From Lachnospiraceae bacterium (GTDB lineage: Bacteria; Bacillota; Clostridia; Lachnospirales; Lachnospiraceae), in the NCBI GenBank assembly GCA_014804755.1, contig JAAUZE010000008.1:100109-164108 (forward strand): 64,000 bases of DNA, given 5' to 3'. Below are positions 57,214 through 64,000 of this stretch, piece by piece. The notes under the pieces were generated by a model. That model was not told the DNA's origin. It saw only the letters and a program-made list of their open reading frames with translations, and did not search any database. Numbering within the stretch: position 1 is the first letter of the stretch; every line of letters starts with the position of its first letter. The position numbers and the translations under genes are program-made.

Positions 57214-57939
57214 ATGAAAAAAAGTGTGGCATTGATTTTAACGTTTTCCCTGATGCTTGCGCTCGCAGGCTGCGGTGGAAAGGGTGATGCAGGAAGCGAT
57301 GTAAAGTCCGAGGGTGTCATGACCCATGCGGAGTACGTGGCTGCGGCAGTGGACGCGCAGGTCGTCGTAGAGACCTATGTACAGGCAAAGCAGGCTTGGT
57401 GGGATAATAAGGCGACGATTTATACGCAGGATAAGGACGGCGCATATTTTATTTACGAGATGGCTTGCTCCGAGGCGGACTACGATAAGCTGACGCCGGG
57501 TACGAAGATCAAGGTTACGGGCTATAAGGCAGAGTGGTCAGGCGAGGTTGAGATTATTGACGCAACGTTCGAGATCGAGGATGGCAATTATGTTGCATCA
57601 GCGCTTGACGTAACGAGCATGCTCGGATCGGATGACCTGATCGCACATCAAAATGAATTTGTATCGTTCAAGGGGATGACCGTGGAGGATGCGGGCAACG
57701 GCGCTGCATTCATGTATAAGTGGGACAATTCCGGTACGGACGGCGACGATCTGTACTTCAATGTTTCCTTAAACGGACAGACCTATACGTTTACGGTAGA
57801 GTCCTATCTGTGTGATAACACGACGGATGTTTACGCGGCAGTCAAGAATCTACAGATCGGCGATGTAGTCGATATGGAAGGTTTCTTATACTGGTATGAG
57901 GGCGTGAATCCGCACATCACATCCGTGACTGTAAAGTAA
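57214..57939 (+). CDS. hypothetical lipoprotein
   Basis: Lipobox 'LALAGCGG'. SD GAGGAGAG. Confidence 0.6.
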   Translation: MKKSVALILTFSLMLALAGCGGKGDAGSDVKSEGVMTHAEYVAAAVDAQVVVETYVQAKQAWWDNKATIYTQDKDGAYFIYEMACSEADYDKLTPGTKIKVTGYKAEWSGEVEIIDATFEIEDGNYVASALDVTSMLGSDDLIAHQNEFVSFKGMTVEDAGNGAAFMYKWDNSGTDGDDLYFNVSLNGQTYTFTVESYLCDNTTDVYAAVKNLQIGDVVDMEGFLYWYEGVNPHITSVTVK

Positions 57940-58039
57940 TCGGACAAAAGGATCATAGCACGTAAAATGAGCGATACATTTGCCAAAACGGCGGGGTACC
58001 GCTCATTTTGTTATCATTGGCGTAAAGAGGAAGCACATT

Positions 58040-60169
58040 ATGAGGTATCAGATACGGCATGCGCTGGTGCAGTACGGCGCGGACACGATTATAGAGGATG
58101 TAAATTTTGAGATTCACGACCATGAGAAAATTGCGGTGGTCGGACGGAACGGCTGCGGAAAGACAACGCTCCTAAAGCTGATCAACGGTGACATTACCAT
58201 GAATAATTTGGACAGCGACGAGACGTGCGGCATTACGATGGCGGGAAAGCAGGAGATTGGTTTTTTACATCAGATCAGCTTTCCGGACGCGGACCTCAGC
58301 GTGGAAGAGGAGATCAAGAAAACCTTTGCCGCGGTGTTTGCCTGCGAGGCGCGCATGAAAGAGATTGAGTGTCAGTTGGAGAGCGGCACGGCGTACAGAA
58401 ACGGCAGCGAAGAGGAAGCTGACGGGATGCAGGACGCAGAACCGCAGAGCGAAGAACAACGGCGGCTGCTCGGCGAATACAATGCGCTGCAAAGGCGGAT
58501 GGAGGCGCTCAGAGGATATAGCTGGCGCAGGGACATGGAGATCATGTTTCAGCAGTTCGGTTTTGCGCTTGCGGACTTACAGCGTCCGATTGGGAGCTTT
58601 TCGGGCGGGCAGCAGACGAAGATCGCGTTTATTAAGCTGCTGCTCTCAAGACCGGACATCATGCTATTGGACGAGCCGACCAACCACCTTGACCTGCAGA
58701 CGATCGAATGGCTGGAAGATTATTTGAAAAAATATGACAAAGCTGTCGTTATTGTATCGCATGACCGCATGTTCCTGGACCGCGTGATCGACGTGACCTA
58801 TGAGATCGAGTATCACCGCATCAAGCGTTATCCGGGCAATTACAGCGCATTCATGAAGCGCAAGGAGGAAGACCTGCAGAAGCAGGAGAAGGATTATGAG
58901 GCGCAGCAGAAGGAGATCAAGCGTCTGACGGAGTGGATCGAAAAGTGGAAGAACACGCCGACAAAGGTGGCGTCCGCGCATTCCAAGCAGATGGCGATCG
59001 AGCATATGGTGAAGATCGAGAAGCCGAGGCGGTTTGACACAAAAACCTTCCGCGCCATGTTTATGCCGCGCATCGAAAGCTATACGGAAGTATTGAATGT
59101 CAAAAACCTAAAGATCGGTTATGACAAAGAGCTTGCGGAGGTTTCTTTTTTATTGGAAAAGGGGCAAAAGCTGGCGATTCTCGGGGAGAACGGTATCGGA
59201 AAATCGACGCTGCTCAAAACGCTTGTCGGGTTGATCCCGCCGCTTTCGGGGAGATTCTCATTCGGTCACAATGTGGAGTGGGGGTATTTCGACCAGCAGG
59301 AAGCGGTCATGAAAGACGCGCCGCCGGAGCAGACGATATTGGATAATTTTTGGGAGGAATATCCGAAGCTTTTGCGCGAGCAAGTGCGGAGCGCGCTCGG
59401 TGCGTTTCTTTTTTCGGGGGAGGATGTCATGAAGCAGATGGGGCAGCTTTCCGGAGGGGAGAAAGTGCGCCTGGAGCTCTGTAAAATGTTTTATCGTAAG
59501 CCGAATCTGCTCATTTTGGATGAGCCGACCAACCATATGGATATGGCGGGAAAGGATGCGCTGGAAAAAATGCTGGGGGATTTTCCGGGGACGATCCTGT
59601 TTGTTTCGCATGACCGCTATTTTGTCAGCCGGATCGCGACGGGCGTGCTGGAATTTGACTTGGGCGAGGTGCGGCAGTATCGGGGCGGTTACGAGGAATA
59701 TTTAGAGGAAAAACAGAAGCGCATGAGCGGGGTCGTGAAGGATACCGTGCGGGAGAACGGAACCGCCGCGCAGGGAAAAAAGAATGCCGCCGGAGAGAAA
59801 GCGGGCGGTGCGGGAACGAATGGCAGTCCGGTACAGGCCGGGCAAAGTAATGCAGGGATGAACGGCAGCGGGAACGCCGCAAAGAATCCGACGCTGGACG
59901 ATGTATTTGACAAGAAAACATATTATAATCCGGGAAAGGTTCTGTCCCGGCTCAAAAAGCAGCTGGAAAAGTATGAAAAGCAGCTTGAGGAGAGCGAGGC
60001 GCGGGCGGCGGAGCTGTCTTTACGCCTCATGGAGCCAGAGCTTGCCTCGGACTATCAGAAGCTGATGGAGCTGCAGGAGCAGTTAGACGGCGAGGAGCAT
60101 TTGCAGGAGACACTGTTGGAGCGGATGATGGAGACCGAGACCGAGTTGCAGGAGATGGAGCAGGCATAA
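58040..60169 (+). CDS. ABC-F family ATPase (Uup-like, two ABC domains plus C-terminal coiled coil)
   Basis: Two Walker A ('GRNGCGKTT', 'GENGIGKST') and two signature motifs ('FSGGQQTK', 'LSGGEKVR'). Low-complexity linker and coiled-coil tail. Confidence 0.85.
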   Translation: MRYQIRHALVQYGADTIIEDVNFEIHDHEKIAVVGRNGCGKTTLLKLINGDITMNNLDSDETCGITMAGKQEIGFLHQISFPDADLSVEEEIKKTFAAVFACEARMKEIECQLESGTAYRNGSEEEADGMQDAEPQSEEQRRLLGEYNALQRRMEALRGYSWRRDMEIMFQQFGFALADLQRPIGSFSGGQQTKIAFIKLLLSRPDIMLLDEPTNHLDLQTIEWLEDYLKKYDKAVVIVSHDRMFLDRVIDVTYEIEYHRIKRYPGNYSAFMKRKEEDLQKQEKDYEAQQKEIKRLTEWIEKWKNTPTKVASAHSKQMAIEHMVKIEKPRRFDTKTFRAMFMPRIESYTEVLNVKNLKIGYDKELAEVSFLLEKGQKLAILGENGIGKSTLLKTLVGLIPPLSGRFSFGHNVEWGYFDQQEAVMKDAPPEQTILDNFWEEYPKLLREQVRSALGAFLFSGEDVMKQMGQLSGGEKVRLELCKMFYRKPNLLILDEPTNHMDMAGKDALEKMLGDFPGTILFVSHDRYFVSRIATGVLEFDLGEVRQYRGGYEEYLEEKQKRMSGVVKDTVRENGTAAQGKKNAAGEKAGGAGTNGSPVQAGQSNAGMNGSGNAAKNPTLDDVFDKKTYYNPGKVLSRLKKQLEKYEKQLEESEARAAELSLRLMEPELASDYQKLMELQEQLDGEEHLQETLLERMMETETELQEMEQA

Positions 60170-60175
60170 GGCAGT

Positions 60176-61081
60176 ATGGATGAGAAGCTATTTAGGATAC
60201 TAAAAAAGGTATATTATAAAAAAGACTATATCAAAGATGAAAAAGGAAATAAAATACGAGTCAAAACGGGGGATGTATTTGATCTGAAATCGAATACCAG
60301 ACAGTATTCTATAGAAAATCTTTCACCAGAAGAGGTCCTGTATTTACAGGAAAGCGGATTTGTTGTAAATGACATCGTCTATGATACACATGACGATAAC
60401 ATTCATAAGTTAAAGGAAATAATCGGTAATTCAAATCTGACATTGCATAATGTGCTTTCTGCCTATATTGCTGGGTTTGGGAGTTTCCCAAGGGGACGGC
60501 AGCCGATTATGAGCTATTTGTTCGCGCGTGCAGTGCCGCTTCATCATTTTTGCAATTCGCAGGGGAGAGATATATGCGAAATCTGCACAATAAAAAGGGA
60601 TTTTTGGTCCGAAAGGGGAAAGGAAATATTTCGCAGATATTGGGGATATTCCTGGAATGAGTTTGTCGATCGGTTTTATATTGATTTAGAAGAATTTGTG
60701 AAATTGCCCCCACGGACAGCTACGGAAGAAGATTTGCAGATTTTCCGCTCTGTAATTGATATGATACGGAATGCGCCGGAGGATGAAACACCCGGACAGT
60801 TGGAACAACGTATCAAAAAGTCAAAACTGATTCCAAACTGTGAAAAATATAGGTTGCGGGGGCAGCTCATGACATTAGCAGAGCTTGGTGTTATGTATAA
60901 TCCATTTATCAAACCATTGTTTGATGGTTTTACGAATTTTAATACCCGCTGCGAGATAGGACGGAAAGTGCCGGGAAGCAGCCGTTCAGATATAATCCTT
61001 CCGCTAAGCGGTTGGCGTGGCAAATATGGAGTCTGTGAAGAACGGTTTGAGGAACTCTTCGGTTCGTTCTATCGCGAATGA
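60176..61081 (+). CDS. hypothetical protein
   Basis: 301 aa ORF with no recognisable domain. Confidence 0.45.
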   Translation: MDEKLFRILKKVYYKKDYIKDEKGNKIRVKTGDVFDLKSNTRQYSIENLSPEEVLYLQESGFVVNDIVYDTHDDNIHKLKEIIGNSNLTLHNVLSAYIAGFGSFPRGRQPIMSYLFARAVPLHHFCNSQGRDICEICTIKRDFWSERGKEIFRRYWGYSWNEFVDRFYIDLEEFVKLPPRTATEEDLQIFRSVIDMIRNAPEDETPGQLEQRIKKSKLIPNCEKYRLRGQLMTLAELGVMYNPFIKPLFDGFTNFNTRCEIGRKVPGSSRSDIILPLSGWRGKYGVCEERFEELFGSFYRE

Positions 61082-61137
61082 GGATCAAATGATACAAGAT
61101 GCATTTTATAAAGAGCTCAGAAAGTAGGAGAACCGGC

Positions 61138-61998
61138 ATGGACGTGCAATGTCTGATCGTGGACGATGAGGTGGAACTTGCGCAGATGACCTGCGAGTAT
61201 TTTGAGATGTTCGGCGTAAGCTGCAAGTATGTGGAGTCGGCGCGGGAGTGCCTTGCTTTTTTAGCCGAAAACACGGTGGGGCTCATTCTGCTTGACATTA
61301 ATCTGGTGAACGAGAGTGGTTTTTCTCTGTGTAAAAAAATAAGGGAAACCTTGGATATTCCTATCTTATTCATCAGTGCGCGCGATAGCGACAGTGATGT
61401 GCTGATCGCCTTAAACATCGGCGGGGACGATTATATCAAAAAGCCCTATTCTTTAAGCGTGCTGCTTGCGAAGGTACAGGTGGTCTTAAAACGCATGGAA
61501 GCGGGGAGGCGGGCGGCAGCGTGTATAAAAGAAGAAGCATTGCAACAGGAAGCCGGCAGGATGGATGGGACAGGAACGGTGAATGATGCAGAGATGGACG
61601 GCGGAGCGGACAATGTCAAAGGAGCCGGAAGCGCTGCGGGAAGCGGGACGGATCAGGGCGGCGCGGACGCGGGGGAACAGGACGGTCCGCTCCGCCTTGC
61701 GGAGGAAAAGCTGTGCGTGTACCTGAAAAAGAATAGGACCGGAGCAACGAGCAGCGCGGAGGAACAGGAGATTCCCTTAAAGGCGAAGGAGTTTGCGCTG
61801 CTTAAATGCTTATATGAGCACCGCGGAACGATCGTGACGAAGGAGCAGTTGTTTCTTTCGGTGTGGGGCGATGCGTTTTACAGTGACGGCACCCTGAACG
61901 TTCATATCAGGAGGCTGCGGGAAAAGCTGGAGGAGGATCCGTCCGATCCCAGGCTCATCAAAACGATCTGGGGAACGGGATATATGCTGGAAGGATGA
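61138..61998 (+). CDS. OmpR-family response regulator with unusually long low-complexity linker
   Basis: Receiver domain 'LIVDDE...ILLDINL', winged helix 'IKTIWGTGYML', and a ~90 aa Gly/Ala/Asp-rich insert. Confidence 0.8.
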   Translation: MDVQCLIVDDEVELAQMTCEYFEMFGVSCKYVESARECLAFLAENTVGLILLDINLVNESGFSLCKKIRETLDIPILFISARDSDSDVLIALNIGGDDYIKKPYSLSVLLAKVQVVLKRMEAGRRAAACIKEEALQQEAGRMDGTGTVNDAEMDGGADNVKGAGSAAGSGTDQGGADAGEQDGPLRLAEEKLCVYLKKNRTGATSSAEEQEIPLKAKEFALLKCLYEHRGTIVTKEQLFLSVWGDAFYSDGTLNVHIRRLREKLEEDPSDPRLIKTIWGTGYMLEG

Positions 61999-62083
61999 TC
62001 AGGATGCCCGCCCGCAAGATGGAAAGTGCAGGCTTTTGGGGGGCGGCGTTGTCGGTACGACGTAATCAGGGAGAGGAAATTTC

Positions 62084-63349
62084 ATGACGAAACTGCGGTA
62101 TTGGCTTTTCTGTTATCTGGCGGTCATGCTTTTGCTTTTACTGTTCATCGGATACGGTTTTGAGCGGACGGATGCGGAAGGCAGAGACATGGTTTTTTAT
62201 CATGAGCAGCGCACATTGGCACAGCAGGCGCTGAGGCGGGGGGAGAACCGGGAGCGCGTGGAACGGGAATACGGCTGCCGGATTCTTCTTTTTTCTGATG
62301 AGGATTATGAGATTGCGCTTGGCAGCGCATACCAAAGTGAGGCGCTCATCATGGATTTGATGTGGGAACAAGAGCCGGAGACAGTCCGGCAGGATGGGGA
62401 GTGCGCCGGCAAGATCGTTTGGAATGTGTCTGAACAACGTTATCGGAGCATGGAGCGGATATTATACAGGCGCATGCTGATCATGTGGGGGATTCTTTTG
62501 GCTGGCGGTCTGCTGCTATTCGGTTTTTTCTATGTGCGCTTTATCCGTCCGTTTACGCAATTGCAGACATTTGCGAGGCAGATCGCAAAGGGGAATCTCG
62601 ATTTTCCGCTGCCGATGCGGAAACGCCAGTATTTCGGCGCATTTACGGAAAGCTTTGACCTGATGCGCGAGGAGCTGAAGCGGGCGAAGGAGAGCGAGTA
62701 TCAGGCGAACCGAAGTAAAAGGGAGCTGGTCGCGGAGCTGTCGCACGATATTAAGACGCCGATCGCCACGATCCGGGCAACCTGCGAGGTATTGCAGGTT
62801 AAGGAACAGAATCCCGATACAAAGGCAAAGGTTGCGGTCATTCATGCGAAGGCGGGTATGGTGGATGCGCTGGCGAACAATCTGTTTCAGGCAAGCTTAG
62901 AGGAGCTGGAGGTTCTGAAAGTGGAACCGGCGGAGGAGCAGTCCCCGTGTATCCGCGAGATGTTTGAAGAGTTACAGGATTACAGCGAGATTCGTATAGA
63001 GGGGGATGTGCCGCACTGCCTTGTGTGGATGGACAGGCTCAGGCTTCGTCAGGTCATTGATAATGTTGTCAGCAATTCGTGGAAATATGCGGGTACGCCC
63101 GTGACAGTTACTTTTTTTGAGACGGATCAAAGGCTCGGAATGCGGATCCGGGACGAGGGTGCGGGCGTGGAGACGGACGAGCTTGTCCTGCTCGGCGAGA
63201 AATTTTACCGGGGAAGCAACGCGAAGGGAAAGAGCGGTTCGGGACTCGGGCTGTATCTGGCAAAGCTGTTTATGGAGCGGATGTACGGAGAAATTCATTT
63301 TTGGCAGGAGGGAGGCTTTGTTGTGGAGCTTTCCCTGAAAAAAGTATAA
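62084..63349 (+). CDS. sensor histidine kinase
   Basis: TM region with HAMP-like segment, H-box 'ELSHDIKTP' and ATPase G-boxes 'GSGLGLYLAK'. Confidence 0.85.
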   Translation: MTKLRYWLFCYLAVMLLLLLFIGYGFERTDAEGRDMVFYHEQRTLAQQALRRGENRERVEREYGCRILLFSDEDYEIALGSAYQSEALIMDLMWEQEPETVRQDGECAGKIVWNVSEQRYRSMERILYRRMLIMWGILLAGGLLLFGFFYVRFIRPFTQLQTFARQIAKGNLDFPLPMRKRQYFGAFTESFDLMREELKRAKESEYQANRSKRELVAELSHDIKTPIATIRATCEVLQVKEQNPDTKAKVAVIHAKAGMVDALANNLFQASLEELEVLKVEPAEEQSPCIREMFEELQDYSEIRIEGDVPHCLVWMDRLRLRQVIDNVVSNSWKYAGTPVTVTFFETDQRLGMRIRDEGAGVETDELVLLGEKFYRGSNAKGKSGSGLGLYLAKLFMERMYGEIHFWQEGGFVVELSLKKV

Positions 63350-63357
63350 AAGACAAA

Positions 63358-63403
63358 AGAAACAGCATCGAAGCCATAAACGGTTTCGATGCTGTTTTTA
63401 GGC
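63358..63403 (+). terminator. rho-independent terminator
   Basis: Stem AACAGCATCGA/TCGATGCTGTT followed by TTTA. Confidence 0.65.
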
Positions 63404-63507
63404 CCGGATGAATAGTCTTGCCATTCCTTCGATAAAGGAATTTTCGTAAAAGGCCGCACATTCCGCATGGCGAAAACGTTATACATGATGAGAGGAGGTT
63501 ATAAGCG

Positions 63508-63957
63508 GTGAATGATCTGGCTGACATTTATGATAAAATATACCGTTTTTGCTTTTATAAAGTGAGAAATTCCTTTGTCGCCGAAGACATCACGCAGGAA
63601 ACCTTTCTCAAATATTTCGGGCAGCAGTCCAAAATACGTCGCGGTCAGGATATGGCTTATCTGTACACGATCGCCAAGAACCTGTGTGTCGATCACTTCC
63701 GGCGAAAGCAGGCTTTGGGATTGACCGAAGATTACCCTGCGGAGGATTTCGCGGAGCAGAGAGAAATCAAGGTAGCTGTCCGAGGCGCGCTCGAAAAGCT
63801 TGACGAGCGGCAGCGCGAGATCATTGTTTTACGATATATCGGCGAGTTGTCAGTGAACGAAACCGCATGCGCGGCGGGAATTTCAAGATTCGCGGTATAT
63901 CGTCTTGAGAAAGCTGCCTTGAAAGAATTGAAAAAACTGATGGAGGGAGTGTTGTAG
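63508..63957 (+). CDS. ECF-subfamily RNA polymerase sigma-70 factor
   Basis: Region 2 'DITQETFLKYF' and region 4 'ETACAAGISRFAVYR'. Confidence 0.8.
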   Translation: MNDLADIYDKIYRFCFYKVRNSFVAEDITQETFLKYFGQQSKIRRGQDMAYLYTIAKNLCVDHFRRKQALGLTEDYPAEDFAEQREIKVAVRGALEKLDERQREIIVLRYIGELSVNETACAAGISRFAVYRLEKAALKELKKLMEGVL

Positions 63958-64000
63958 TATGAAAATCAGGGAGGCTCTGCGAGGCGCTTTTACACCGCCC

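Noticed and set aside
59625-59921. Minus-strand ORFs within the ABC-F low-complexity linker
   Set aside because: Artefacts of Gly/Ala-rich repeat DNA inside a well-supported gene.
1-64000. CRISPR arrays, rRNA, or canonical tRNA genes
   Set aside because: No regularly spaced short direct repeats or rRNA-like conserved stretches were seen. The only tRNA-like sequences are the mimic elements at 31.0-31.2 kb.

Overview
This 64 kb window looks like chromosomal DNA from a Gram-positive, Clostridia-like organism (an inference from the strong GGAGG ribosome-binding sites, about 50% GC and the gene content). It is mostly an accessory patchwork with three local anomalies. Bases 272-6967 hold a glycan-biosynthesis operon: a cytidylyltransferase, an epimerase, a GT2, a GT4 and a second GT2. 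Bases 7450-27000 hold a long run of small detoxification and modification genes: an MFS transporter, a 5'-3' exonuclease, six GNAT acetyltransferases, six SAM methyltransferases, a HAD hydrolase, a tyrosine phosphatase, a DHFR-family gene and a RelB/YoeB toxin-antitoxin pair. The most striking locus is at 17.7-20.65 kb: a tyrosine recombinase gene followed by 1.9 kb of AT-rich DNA bracketed by perfect 67-bp inverted repeats. Each repeat carries the Shine-Dalgarno sequence for one of two convergent genes, a TIR-domain protein and a P-loop kinase-like protein. This is a candidate invertible (phase-variable) effector cassette. At 27.1-32.6 kb, two tandem WYL-domain regulators (PafBC-like) are divergent from an E. 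coli-type rtcB. rtcB is followed by a roughly 360-nt highly structured tRNA-mimic RNA, reminiscent of Y-RNA/YrlA, and then an SPFH-domain gene. At 39-47 kb, a second WYL (YafY-type) regulator sits beside a DNA-damage-tolerance neighbourhood (SRAP/YedK, a Y-family polymerase and a YolD-like gene). That neighbourhood is interrupted by a 2.65 kb low-GC islet carrying DUF3800 and RelE/ParE genes, bounded by 70-bp direct repeats of the 3' end of the SRAP gene. The rest of the window encodes an EAL phosphodiesterase, tmk, a bactofilin, an M23 peptidase, a sugar ABC transporter with an embedded FRG-domain gene, an ABC-F ATPase, a two-component system and an ECF sigma factor. No CRISPR array, rRNA or canonical tRNA was found.
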